This document shows, piece by piece, positions 21,901 through 33,673 of a DNA stretch of 64,000 nucleotides. A program made the translations under genes and the position numbers. Below the pieces are notes generated by a model. It searched no databases, was not told the DNA's origin, and saw only the letters and a program-made list of their open reading frames with translations. Numbering within the stretch: the stretch's first letter is position 1; each line of letters begins with the position of its first letter. The stretch covers positions 192,001 through 256,000 of the forward strand of contig CAVWIP010000018.1 in assembly GCA_963755125.1 (NCBI GenBank), given 5' to 3'. This stretch comes from an uncultured delta proteobacterium (GTDB taxonomy: Bacteria; Myxococcota_A; Polyangia; Fen-1088).

Positions 21901-23224
21901 ACGTGCGCGCGAGCACGTCGAGCCCACCGACCTGCGCGGCCGCACCATCTGGATCCCGCCCATGCACCAGTTCGGCACGCGCCTGGTGGCGGCGGCCTTC
22001 CGGCAACACGGCTTCGACGCGCGCACCTTGCCCGACGAGAACAAGGAGTCGTTCGATCTGGGCCGCTCGCTCACGCGCGGCTCCGAGTGCCTGCCCTGCG
22101 CGCTCACCATCGGGACGCTGCTCAAGACGCTGCGCCAGCAGCCGGCCGGCGGCCGCCACGCTTTCTTCATGCCCAGTTCCAAGGGCCCGTGCCGCTTCGG
22201 CCAGTACACCGTCCTGCACCGGCAGATCCTGGACCGCGAGGGCTTCGAGGACGTGGCCATCCTGGCCCCCGCGTCCAACAACGCCTACCAGGGGCTGGAC
22301 AGCCAGATGCGGCGCTCGCTGTTCAAGGCCATCGTGTGTTCGGACATCATCCTGAAAGCCCAGTGCAAGGTGCGACCCTACGAGGTCAACGTGGGCGAAA
22401 CCGATCGCGTGGTGGCCGAAATGGCCGATGCGGTTGCGCGCGCGCTGGAAACCGACGCGGATCTGCCGGCCGTCATCCGCGAGGGCATTGGCAAGATCGC
22501 CGCCATCCCCGTGGCGGGGCCGCGCAAGCCCCTGGTCGGCATCGTTGGCGAGATCTACGTGCGCAACAACGTCTACGCCAATGAAGACGTGATCAGCGCC
22601 ATCGAGATGTTTGGCGGCGAGGCGTGGATGATCCCCATCACCGACTGGATCCTCTACACCTCGTCGATCGAGAACTATATGGAGGAGTTCCCCTCGACCA
22701 TCATGTCGTGGGAAAAGGCCGACACCTTCGTCACCTACCACTGGATGCGGCACTGGGAGCAGAAGCTCATGCGCGCGGCCAGTCCCTTCCTCGACGACCG
22801 GCACGAACCGCCCTTCCAGGAGTGCATGAAGCTGGCCACGCCCTACATGGCGTTCTATTGCGGCGGCGAGGGCAAGCTGTCAATCGGACGCGCCATCAAG
22901 TTCGCGCAACAGGGCGCGGCCATGGTGGTGAACTGTGCGCCGTTTGGCTGCATGCCCGAGACCGTGGCCACCGCCGTGTTCGGCCGCGTGTCGGCCGACG
23001 TCGACATGCCCATCGTCAGCCTGTTCTACGACGGCAGCGGCGGACAGAACCGGCGCCTGGAGGTCTTCCTCAACAACGCCGTGGGCGGCAAACGCGCAAG
23101 TGGCCGCACCAGCATCGTCGGCGACGTGCAACCGGCGCCCTGGCGCCCCGGCGACAAGCTGGTGCCCGTGCAGAACCTGACCGCGCGCGTGCGCACCGGC
23201 GGCAACGCGGGCGAGTCGGCGTAG
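18926..23224 (+). CDS. Fused 2-hydroxyacyl-CoA dehydratase activase / DUF2229 reductase protein (PlsA-PlsR / Ger-like)
   Basis: Two ASKHA activase domains (DIGAVSLK..CAAGTGSFL..CSVFAKSD; DIGSTSTK..CAAGTGSF..CTVFMEQD), CDLCQNDC, CFPAK, FSCGPD, DEH, GPCRFGQY, GEIYVR, PFGCMP. Confidence 0.85.
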   Translation: MTVEQPGRIGVDIGAVSLKAVRIDGAGKVVQSFYARHKGEPAPVLERALRELDLAPGDAIGFCGLNATRFCEAFETRRLDIAACQIRVVHALFPEVRNIIDIGGGSVTLVQLDAQGHFQNYATNSMCAAGTGSFLDEQAARLGLDCSDPALVGSVAEPPSIATRCSVFAKSDLIHRQQEGYSKAAMWSGLCRGMTRTLIGTLLRARPLDAPTAIIGGVALNGEVLRWLDAAFPNLLRVPASPHLVAATGAAALGAVPRRLPSRESLHRIATASDVEYHPWPLTLEKSKYPDFRLAESYTDPEGNEVRVVSWPAGQTLRVYLGIDIGSTSTKLALVNDKDELLVNVYRKTGGDPIGATQKLCRALRELEAKKGARIEVLGAGTTGSGRKIVGEVIGGDAIINEISAHVAGATFTDPTVDTIFEIGGQDAKYMHIVDGHIRDANMNYVCAAGTGSFVEEQANKLGYKVAEVGQAVLGVKPPRATDRCTVFMEQDVVRFIEAGASRPEALAAVMVAVAKNYLNKVVGNRHRNRNRIMFQGATARNKALVAAFERLLDVEVVVSPYCHVMGAFGVARLVRQTMAEQSVSSSRFRGLDLDKRKIVLRKETCDLCQNDCTITFAEIEGVTGSPSWGYMCGRDPGEQKVRKSPYDRALRLRQRLWREGGAGVKVPDKAPVVGLPQALLTYTYYPLWQRFFNTLGFRVQLSGQTTDEIRELGPRMAGADFCFPAKLALGHVAKLAVTDGVDFVFVPHLKNTPANEETTGTAVCPYVQGTAACSRTALAMNHMDASRILSPLVDMRMRERDIIKTLSDELAKPLGRSSRDIRRAWHAGLEAQDRFEQRCQEEGAKILAEATAKNEKMILLVGRPYNNYDGGANLGLPQKIADMGRTVLPMDFLAPDLSRLGLRYRNAFWSYGQKILAVLEQAVDHELLDVVYLTNFSCGPDSFLLSFAEEIMGRRPLLMLELDEHGADAGYMTRLEAFFDVLRRPRPERGPRAREHVEPTDLRGRTIWIPPMHQFGTRLVAAAFRQHGFDARTLPDENKESFDLGRSLTRGSECLPCALTIGTLLKTLRQQPAGGRHAFFMPSSKGPCRFGQYTVLHRQILDREGFEDVAILAPASNNAYQGLDSQMRRSLFKAIVCSDIILKAQCKVRPYEVNVGETDRVVAEMADAVARALETDADLPAVIREGIGKIAAIPVAGPRKPLVGIVGEIYVRNNVYANEDVISAIEMFGGEAWMIPITDWILYTSSIENYMEEFPSTIMSWEKADTFVTYHWMRHWEQKLMRAASPFLDDRHEPPFQECMKLATPYMAFYCGGEGKLSIGRAIKFAQQGAAMVVNCAPFGCMPETVATAVFGRVSADVDMPIVSLFYDGSGGQNRRLEVFLNNAVGGKRASGRTSIVGDVQPAPWRPGDKLVPVQNLTARVRTGGNAGESA

Positions 23225-23295
23225 GGATCGAAGTTGCAAAGGCCGGGGCTGTAACTGCGAACTCGCGGCCAGCCGGTGCCCGTCACCGCTGTGGC

Positions 23296-23535
23296 TACCT
23301 GGGCAAGCTTCCGCTGCCGCGTGCGCCCTCCGTCCTGGTTCCCGAGGAACGCCAGCGCCACCAGATTCAGCCGCTTTCGCTCGACGAGGCCGCCGCCCTT
23401 TTCTGCGCCAAGCTGCCTGAGCTACACAAGGATCCATTCGATCGCATGCTGGTCTGTCAGGCCATTGTTGGCGGACTGACCCTGCTCACCCCCGATCCAC
23501 TGGTCACGCAATATCCGGTGGCCACCGTCTGGTGA
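23296..23535 (+). pseudogene. C-terminal remnant of a PIN/VapC toxin
   Basis: LGKLPLP...LPELHKDPFDRMLVCQA...LLTPD...YPVATVW; no N-terminal LLDT motif and no plausible start. Confidence 0.75.
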
Positions 23536-23608
23536 CCAGGACGCGGGTTTGCCCGCGCATGGCGGTTTCGCACAGGCCGCATCCGTGGTGGGGTTCATGG
23601 CAAGACGG

Positions 23609-26941
<3,333 letters not shown>

Positions 26942-27138
26942 GGCCACACGTGGGTTCAGTGCGAGAGCAACGGCGCTGGCGGCGGCGGAACACAGGGCTC
27001 CGGCGGCGGTCGGGGCGGCGGGGAAAAGGGCTGGTTCGCCATCGGCGGGTCCGGCATGGTGCCGTCCCCGCATATGTTGGCGCGGCTCCGGCCGCAAGTC
27101 GAGCCGTCAGGGCGCGTCGTGCGTGCGGAGGCTGCGCT

Positions 27139-28872
27139 CTACGTTCCTTCCATGTCGATCGGCTTGGCCTGCGGCTCCATCTCGGTGAAGGGGCGACCGA
27201 AAGCAATCTTGGGGAAGATGGGCGTGGACTCCTCAATCATGACCTGCAACAGCGCCGGGGCGGCCGGATCCCGCCACAGGCTGGCCAGCGCGCCGGGAAT
27301 GTCGGACTCGGCCGCCACGGTGAAACCCGGGATGTCGTAGGCCGCCGCGACCTTGGCGAAGTCCGGCGCGCTGTAGCCCCACACCGTAGACTGGAAGCGC
27401 GACTCGAAGTAGCTCTGCTGGAACTGGCGGACCATGCCGTGGCAATTGTTGTTGATGACCACCATCTTGATGGGCAGGCGGTGGTGTGTGATGGTCTGCA
27501 GCTCGTGGATGTTGTGCTGAAAGCCGCCGTCACCCGCGACCACGACCACCGGGGTCGCGGGGCACGCGAAGGCGACACCCACGGCGGCGGGCAAGGCAAA
27601 ACCCATGGAGCCCATTCCGCCCGAGGTGAGAAAGCGTTGCGCCGGCCCGAGGCGCAGCGACTGCGCCGCCCACATCTGGTGCTGGCCGACGTCCACGGCG
27701 AAAGCGCTGGCACGGGCCGACGACTGCGAGAGCGCCTGCATGAAGGCATTGGGATTGATCCCGGGTGCGCCCTGGGTCTCGGCGGTGTCGGGCCAGCGCT
27801 CGTGCAACTCGGCGATCTCGGCGCACCACTCAGCCCAGCGGCCGCGGTCCTGGTCACCGAGCCGTGCCAGCATGCCGGCCAGGAACAGCTTCAGATCGGA
27901 ACAGATGGCGCGGCAGCCGGGCACCCGCTGGTTCATCTCGCCGGCATCGACATCCACCTGAAAGATGGTGCGGCCCCGCTTGAACGCGGCCACGTCGGAA
28001 CCGGTCTGGCGGATGTCGAGCCGGCTGCCCAGCACCAGGAGCCAGTCGCTGGCGCCCATGGCCAGATTGGCCCAGCGGTTGCCATAGGTTCCGATCATGC
28101 CCACGCGCAACGGCTCATTGGACGGCAGGGCGTCCACTGCCATCAGCGAGTTCACCACGGGCACGCCAAGCTGGCTGACCAGTTTGCGAAATATGTCGGC
28201 AGCGCGGGCGCAGCGCAGGCCACCGCCCACCAGCAGCAGGGGCCGGCGCGCGCCGTGCAGGGAAGCCAGGACTTGCTCGATGTCCGCGGCCAGCGCCGGA
28301 TCGATCGCCGTGGCACCAGCCTGGGCCGGCTCGGGCTGTGGCTCGGCCGCGCTGACGGTGGCGCGCTGGACATCCATGGGAATGTCGACCAGCACTGGGC
28401 CAGGCCGTCCGCCCAGCGCGGTGGCGAAAGCGCGCGCCAGCATCGCGGGCACATCCTCGGGGGATTCGATGAGCCAGGCGGCCTTGGTGATGGGCCGGGC
28501 AATGGCCACGATGTCGGTTTCCTGGAACCCCGACTGGCGAACCGCACGCTGGCCCTTGAGCTCGTTGCGGTTGACCTGTCCGGTGATGAACACGGCCGGC
28601 GTCGAGTCGAAGAAGCAGCTGCCGATGGCGGTGAGCAGGTTGGTCGCGCCCGGGCCGCTGGTGGCCAGGGCCACGCCCGGCACGCCGGTCATGCGCGCGC
28701 ACGCCTCGGCGGCGAAGCCCGCGGCCTGCTCGTGGCGCATGCTGATGACCTGCGGGCCTCCCAGGCGGCAGCAGGAGTCGAGCAAGTGCGTGATCATCCC
28801 GCCTGACACCTCGAACACATGGCCCACGCGCTGCTGGACGAGGAAATGAACGATGTAGTCGGATACCTTCAT
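27139..28872 (-). CDS. ThDP-dependent acetolactate-synthase-like enzyme (YerE-like by context)
   Basis: RHEQAAGFAAE, TSGPGATN, DVGQHQMW, GDGG..NNN; last gene of a CDP-dideoxysugar operon. Confidence 0.85.
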   Translation of the reverse strand: MKVSDYIVHFLVQQRVGHVFEVSGGMITHLLDSCCRLGGPQVISMRHEQAAGFAAEACARMTGVPGVALATSGPGATNLLTAIGSCFFDSTPAVFITGQVNRNELKGQRAVRQSGFQETDIVAIARPITKAAWLIESPEDVPAMLARAFATALGGRPGPVLVDIPMDVQRATVSAAEPQPEPAQAGATAIDPALAADIEQVLASLHGARRPLLLVGGGLRCARAADIFRKLVSQLGVPVVNSLMAVDALPSNEPLRVGMIGTYGNRWANLAMGASDWLLVLGSRLDIRQTGSDVAAFKRGRTIFQVDVDAGEMNQRVPGCRAICSDLKLFLAGMLARLGDQDRGRWAEWCAEIAELHERWPDTAETQGAPGINPNAFMQALSQSSARASAFAVDVGQHQMWAAQSLRLGPAQRFLTSGGMGSMGFALPAAVGVAFACPATPVVVVAGDGGFQHNIHELQTITHHRLPIKMVVINNNCHGMVRQFQQSYFESRFQSTVWGYSAPDFAKVAAAYDIPGFTVAAESDIPGALASLWRDPAAPALLQVMIEESTPIFPKIAFGRPFTEMEPQAKPIDMEGT

Positions 28873-28912
28873 CGCCTGATACTCCGCCGTGCCGGACAGA
28901 CCGCCCATTTCA

Positions 28913-29908
28913 TCATGGTGCGGCCTTGTTCTGCCCGGAGGGCGCTTGGTCGAAGTTCATGCGTTCGCGCTCGATGACCAGGGGCCGCTGGCGTACCTGG
29001 CCGTGGATGGCCGACAGGTACTCGCCCAGCACGCCCAAAAAAAAGAGCTGCACGCCGCCGAAGAAGAACACCGCCACGATGAGGGTGGGAATCCCGGGCG
29101 GAGCGAGCCGGCGGAAGTAGAACAGATTGACCGCAGCGCTGAGCACGGCGGCCACCGTGCTGAGCAGCGAGATGATCACGCCGGCCAGCAGGCACAGACG
29201 CATAGGCACGTTGGTGAACGAGATGAGGCCGTTGAGGCCCTGGTCGAACAGGTGGTACAGCCGGTTCTTCGACAGGCCCTTGCGTCGCGCCTTCCAGGTA
29301 TAGGGCACGCCCTCGCGGCGAAATCCGCAGTTGGCAATGAGCCCGCGGATGTAGGGGTAGTAGTCGTCGACCTTGCGCAACTCGTCCGCGATGCGACGGT
29401 CGACCAACTGGAACTCGCCAGCGTCGGGCGGGATGTCGATCTCGGCGAAGCGTCGCACCAGGCGGTAGTACAAACGGCGCGTCGTGCGCATGATCGGGCC
29501 TTCCTCACGATTGGCCCGGATACCGTACACCACCTCGATCCCGGTTTCCCAGCGTCGCACCATTTCCGGGATCACCTCGGGCGGGTCTTGCTGGTCAGCC
29601 GCGAGAAACACCAGGATGGCATCGCCGCTGGCGCTCATCAGACCATTGAAGTCCGAGCGAAACGGGCCGAAGTTGCGCGCATTCAGGATGACCTTGACGT
29701 GTTTGTCCGCCGCGGCCAGCTTGCGCAGAATCTCGGGCGTGGCATCGGTCGAGGCGTTGTCGCAAAAGATGTGCTCGTAGTCGTAGGCGGCGAGCTCGCC
29801 GGCGAACAGATTGCGGATCGCGACGCAGCAGTCCTCGACGTTGTCGGCCTCGTTGTAGCACGGGGTGATGATGCTAATGAGCTTGCGTCTGCTGCTTGCT
29901 GGAGACAT
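28913..29908 (-). CDS. GT2 polyprenol-phosphate glycosyltransferase (GtrB/ArnC-like)
   Basis: ITPCYNE, DNASTD, RNFG, ADQQDPP, two C-terminal TM helices, GVLGEY..RP; GGAGG before ATG 29908. Confidence 0.88.
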   Translation of the reverse strand: MSPASSRRKLISIITPCYNEADNVEDCCVAIRNLFAGELAAYDYEHIFCDNASTDATPEILRKLAAADKHVKVILNARNFGPFRSDFNGLMSASGDAILVFLAADQQDPPEVIPEMVRRWETGIEVVYGIRANREEGPIMRTTRRLYYRLVRRFAEIDIPPDAGEFQLVDRRIADELRKVDDYYPYIRGLIANCGFRREGVPYTWKARRKGLSKNRLYHLFDQGLNGLISFTNVPMRLCLLAGVIISLLSTVAAVLSAAVNLFYFRRLAPPGIPTLIVAVFFFGGVQLFFLGVLGEYLSAIHGQVRQRPLVIERERMNFDQAPSGQNKAAP

Positions 29909-29965
29909 GGCCCCCATCCTCCGTTGCGAAACTGTGCGCGCTGGGGCAGGCCCCGCAACCCGCAT

Positions 29966-30931
29966 TCATGATCGGCCACCCGCGAATCCGGGCGCGCCCG
30001 ACGGCAGCCTGGCTGCCTGGGCCCCGCGGAACCAATCTACAGTCAGGCGCAGGCCGGTCGCCAGATCGGTCTCGGGCTCCCAGCCGGTCGCCTGCCGCAG
30101 GCGATCGATCTTGGCCTGCATGTGCATGATCTGATCGGGCCCATAGGCCAGCTCGCCGAACCCCACATCAGCCTGCGGATTGATGAGATCGCGCACGGCC
30201 TCGATAACCGCGCGGATGGTCTGCACCCGGCCTGAACCGAGGTTGAAGACGCCGGCCGCGTTGGGCGTGACGGCCACACGATGGATGGCCTCGGCCGCGT
30301 CTTCCACGTAGAGGTAGTCCCACAACTGCTCGCCCCGCGTGGTCGCGGGCCGCTGGCCCGCCAGCAAAGCGCGACACACCGAGGGAATGAGCCAGGCGGG
30401 ATCCTCGTCGGGTCCATAGGCCGCAAACAACCGCAGCCAGGCGAAGCGCATGCCGAAGCTGGCGCACAGCTTGCCGGCCAGCAGCCCCGCGCACAGCTTG
30501 GCGGTGCCGTACAGGGTGACCGGCTGAGCCGGCTGCTCCTCGTCGGCCCGGACCGCGGCGGCGCCGTACTCGGCCTGCGAACCGATGCCCACGAAGTGAC
30601 GGGCTCCGGCCGCGTGGGCGAGCTTGGTGAGATCAATGGTGTGGGTGACATGGTCCGCGTGTTGCGCGTTGTTGCGGTTCCTGGTGTTGGGGCCGGCCCA
30701 GGCCGCGTGCACCACGAGTTCAGGAGCAAAGTGCCGGGTGGGCTCGGCCAGCGCCTCGGGTCGCGCCAGATCGCCGGCAATGACCTCCACCCGATCGAGC
30801 AGGTGGCCGATGCGACGAGGCCTCGGCCCCGGACGCAACACAACGGCCATCGCGTGCTCCCCGGCGCGAAGAAAGCGCGCGAGCAGGTGCGACCCGACGA
30901 AACCGCTGGCACCTGTCAACAGGACGCGCAT
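29966..30931 (-). CDS. NAD(P)-dependent extended SDR (CDP-sugar reductase/epimerase; YerF- or abequose-synthase-like)
   Basis: TGASGFVG, GSQAEYG, YGTAK, WDYLYVED. Confidence 0.85.
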   Translation of the reverse strand: MRVLLTGASGFVGSHLLARFLRAGEHAMAVVLRPGPRPRRIGHLLDRVEVIAGDLARPEALAEPTRHFAPELVVHAAWAGPNTRNRNNAQHADHVTHTIDLTKLAHAAGARHFVGIGSQAEYGAAAVRADEEQPAQPVTLYGTAKLCAGLLAGKLCASFGMRFAWLRLFAAYGPDEDPAWLIPSVCRALLAGQRPATTRGEQLWDYLYVEDAAEAIHRVAVTPNAAGVFNLGSGRVQTIRAVIEAVRDLINPQADVGFGELAYGPDQIMHMQAKIDRLRQATGWEPETDLATGLRLTVDWFRGAQAARLPSGAPGFAGGRS

Positions 30932-30958
30932 GGTTTCACCGTCGCCCTCACGCTGGAG

Positions 30959-32086
30959 CTAGACGGCGCCCCCCGTCGCCTGGTAGTCGGCGATGTCGGC
31001 CAGGCACCTGTCGCGCATCGATCCCGCACCACGTCCCGCGGGGTCGTGCTGGTAGAAGCTGCGGTACCAGAGCGCCGTGCGCCGCACGGCCTCGCCCACC
31101 GACCAGCGCGGTCGCCAGCCCAGCAGGGTGACGGCCTTGTCGATGCTCAGGCGCAGAAGCCGCGCCTCGTGCGGCTGCCCGGCGACGCTTGCGTCCTGCC
31201 AGGTGCCGGATCCCCACGCGGCAATGAACAGGTCGACGAGCGCGCCGACGGCGACGACCTCGAGACCCGACGGGCCGAAGTTCCAGGCGTCCGCCAGGCG
31301 CGCCCCGTCCGGCGTGGTCAGCATGCGCGCCGCGAGCAGCAGGTAGCCGCCCAAGGGTTCCAGCACGTGCTGCCAGGGCCGCAGGGAGCGCGGATTGCGC
31401 ACCGGCACCGGCTGACCGCTGCTCAAGCTGCGCACGATGTCCGCTACGATGCGGTCCTGCGCCCAGTCACCGCCGCCGATGACGTTGCCCGCGCGCACCG
31501 AGGCGAGCTTGACCCCGTGCTCGTGCGCGCGCTCAGGCGGAAAGAACGACTGGCGGTAGGACGCGACGACCATCTCGGTCGCGCCCTTGCTCGCGCTGTA
31601 CGGGTCCGAGCCGCCCAGGGGATCGGTCTCGCGATAGCCCCAGGTGTGCTCCCGGTTGTCGTAGCACTTGTCGCTGGTGACCACGACGACGGCGCAAGGC
31701 CGGTGGAGGGCGCGCACGGCGTCCAGCACGCTCGCCGTGCCCACCACGTTGACGTCGAAGGTTTCGCGCGGCTGCTGATGGCTGGCGCGCACCAGAGGCT
31801 GGGCCGCCAGGTGCAGCACCACATCGGGAGCGCAGTCGCGCATCGCCTGGGCCAGACGCGCGCTGTCCCGGATGTCCGCCTCGTGATGGGCGGCAAGCAC
31901 CTCGCGCACGCCGCCGGCCACGAATGCACTCGGATCGGTGGGCGGCGCCAGCGCGTAGCCGGTCACGCGCGCGCCCAGACGCGACAGCCAGAGCGAGAGC
32001 CACGAGCCCTTGAATCCGGTGTGCCCGGTGACGAACACCGACCGCCGTGCAAAGGCCGCGGACAGCTCGCGCAGCGGATCGTTCAT
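30959..32086 (-). CDS. rfbG: CDP-glucose 4,6-dehydratase
   Basis: TGHTGFKGSWL, HLAAQPLV, TSDKCY, YSASK, RAGNVIGGGDW, RPWQHVLEPL. Confidence 0.95.
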   Translation of the reverse strand: MNDPLRELSAAFARRSVFVTGHTGFKGSWLSLWLSRLGARVTGYALAPPTDPSAFVAGGVREVLAAHHEADIRDSARLAQAMRDCAPDVVLHLAAQPLVRASHQQPRETFDVNVVGTASVLDAVRALHRPCAVVVVTSDKCYDNREHTWGYRETDPLGGSDPYSASKGATEMVVASYRQSFFPPERAHEHGVKLASVRAGNVIGGGDWAQDRIVADIVRSLSSGQPVPVRNPRSLRPWQHVLEPLGGYLLLAARMLTTPDGARLADAWNFGPSGLEVVAVGALVDLFIAAWGSGTWQDASVAGQPHEARLLRLSIDKAVTLLGWRPRWSVGEAVRRTALWYRSFYQHDPAGRGAGSMRDRCLADIADYQATGGAV

Positions 32087-32862
32087 CGCCACACTTTCCA
32101 GGGCGGCTGGCCGCTCGCCCACAGCTCGTTGAGCTTCTGGTACTCGCGGTAGGTGTCCATGGCGTAGAAGAATCCGGCGTGGCGATAGGCCATGAGCTGG
32201 CCGTCGTGGGCCAGGTTCTCCAGGGGCTCGCGTTCCAGGACGCAGGAGTCCTCGCTGGACAGATAGTCGAACACGCGGCGCTGGAACACGAAGAAGCCGG
32301 CGTTGGCCTGACCGGTGAGTTGTGGCTTCTCGATGAACGAGGTGACCTTGCCGGTGAAGTCCACCTCCAACATGCCAAAGCGCGAGGTGGGCGCCATGGT
32401 GGTCATGGTCGCCAGCTTGCCATGCTCGCGATGGAAGGCCATGACCTTGCCCAAATCGACGTCGGCCAGACCGTCCCCGTAGGTCGCCATGAAGGTGTCC
32501 CCGTCCACGTAGCGCTGCACGCGCTTGACGCGCGCGCCGGTCATGGCCTGGGGACCGGTCTCGGCCAGCGTGACCTGGTAGTCCTGTTCCTCGTGCGCAT
32601 CGTGGTGCACGATCTGGTGCTTGCGCCCGAGGGAGATGGTGAAGTCGTTGTTCATCGCCTCGTAGTTGAGGAAGTACTCCCTGATCACGGCGCCGCGATA
32701 GCCCAGGCAGAGCACGAACTCGCGGAAGCCGTAGTGCGCGTAGATTTTCATGATGTGCCACAGGATGGGCCGACCGCCGATCTCGACCATGGGCTTGGGT
32801 CGAAAGTCGGTTTCCTCGCGCAGTCGCGTTCCCATACCTCCGCACAAGATGACCGTCTTCAT
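32083..32862 (-). CDS. rfbF: Glucose-1-phosphate cytidylyltransferase
   Basis: ILCGGMGTRLREET..PKPMVEIG, TYGDG, MDTYRE, PPWKVW. Confidence 0.95.
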   Translation of the reverse strand: MKTVILCGGMGTRLREETDFRPKPMVEIGGRPILWHIMKIYAHYGFREFVLCLGYRGAVIREYFLNYEAMNNDFTISLGRKHQIVHHDAHEEQDYQVTLAETGPQAMTGARVKRVQRYVDGDTFMATYGDGLADVDLGKVMAFHREHGKLATMTTMAPTSRFGMLEVDFTGKVTSFIEKPQLTGQANAGFFVFQRRVFDYLSSEDSCVLEREPLENLAHDGQLMAYRHAGFFYAMDTYREYQKLNELWASGQPPWKVWR

Positions 32863-32902
32863 TGCTGCTTTCTCGAACAGTAAACCGACGCCGGGCCGCC
32901 GG

Positions 32903-33625
32903 TCAATCCCAGGCGTCGGCGCGCACCTGGGCCGACGGCACGCCGGCCGCGGCCAGGCCCGCCTGAAAGAGACGCAGCATCTGTGGCGGACCGGACAAGT
33001 GAAAGGTCGCGCCGCCCGGCGCGCCCGCGTCGCGCGCCGCAAGCAGCGCAGCCTCGACCGAGAGCCGGCCGGCCTGCTCGCCGACGCCGGTGTTCTCCTC
33101 GACAAACGCTTGCCAGCGCAGATCGCGAAACCGCCTGGCCGCCTGGTCCAGCACTGCCCGATAGATGAGCAGATCGGATCGGCGGGCGCCGTACAGCACG
33201 CGCACCGGCGCGGCCGCCGAGGCGCCGGAAGAGGCCAGGAATGACACGAAGGGCGTGATGCCGGTTCCGCCGCCGACCAGGATCAGTGGGCACGTGCCCT
33301 GCGACTCGATGACGAAGTCCCCGTAGGGCAGCTTCAGCCAGACTTCGTCGCCTTCAGCAAGCCGCATCATGCGCCGGGTGAAGTCACCCACCGCGGAGAC
33401 CGTGATGCGCAGACGCTCGCGATCCTCGGGCGGGCTTGCGATGGAAAAGACACGCGACTCGGGCCAGTGCTGCGCCGGATCGTAGGGATCGAGGGCGAGG
33501 TGCAGGAACTGCCCAGGACGAAATCGCGGCGCGGGCCGTTCGGGAGCGAGCACGAAGCTGCGCACGCTCGGTGCGTGAGCATCGACGTGCGTGACCTTGG
33601 CTCGGAGTCTGATCGGCTGTGCCAT
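32903..33625 (-). CDS. FAD/NAD(P)H ferredoxin-reductase-like oxidoreductase (E3-like, no 2Fe-2S domain)
   Basis: PGQF, RVFSIAS, GGGTGITPF, SGPPQM; only one Cys. Confidence 0.85.
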   Translation of the reverse strand: MAQPIRLRAKVTHVDAHAPSVRSFVLAPERPAPRFRPGQFLHLALDPYDPAQHWPESRVFSIASPPEDRERLRITVSAVGDFTRRMMRLAEGDEVWLKLPYGDFVIESQGTCPLILVGGGTGITPFVSFLASSGASAAAPVRVLYGARRSDLLIYRAVLDQAARRFRDLRWQAFVEENTGVGEQAGRLSVEAALLAARDAGAPGGATFHLSGPPQMLRLFQAGLAAAGVPSAQVRADAWD

Positions 33626-33649
33626 GGTGGCAGAAGAGATTGATTGTGA

Positions 33650-33658
33650 AGAATAGCA
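33650..33658 (-). promoter_or_regulatory. Possible internal extended -10 element (TGC-TATTCT)
   Basis: AT-rich 48-bp gap upstream of the reductase gene; motif match only. Confidence 0.3.
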
Positions 33659-33673
33659 GGTCTTGCGTCGCCG

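Noticed and set aside
19718..22804. 1028-aa minus-strand ORF and other long antisense ORFs (26950-28806, 30281-32152, 38332-39876, 56480-58045)
   Set aside because: Shadow frames of well-supported genes in high-GC DNA; no recognisable motifs.
27139..28872. Housekeeping ilvB
   Set aside because: No ilvN/ilvC adjacent; position in a CDP-dideoxysugar operon fits a YerE-like role better.
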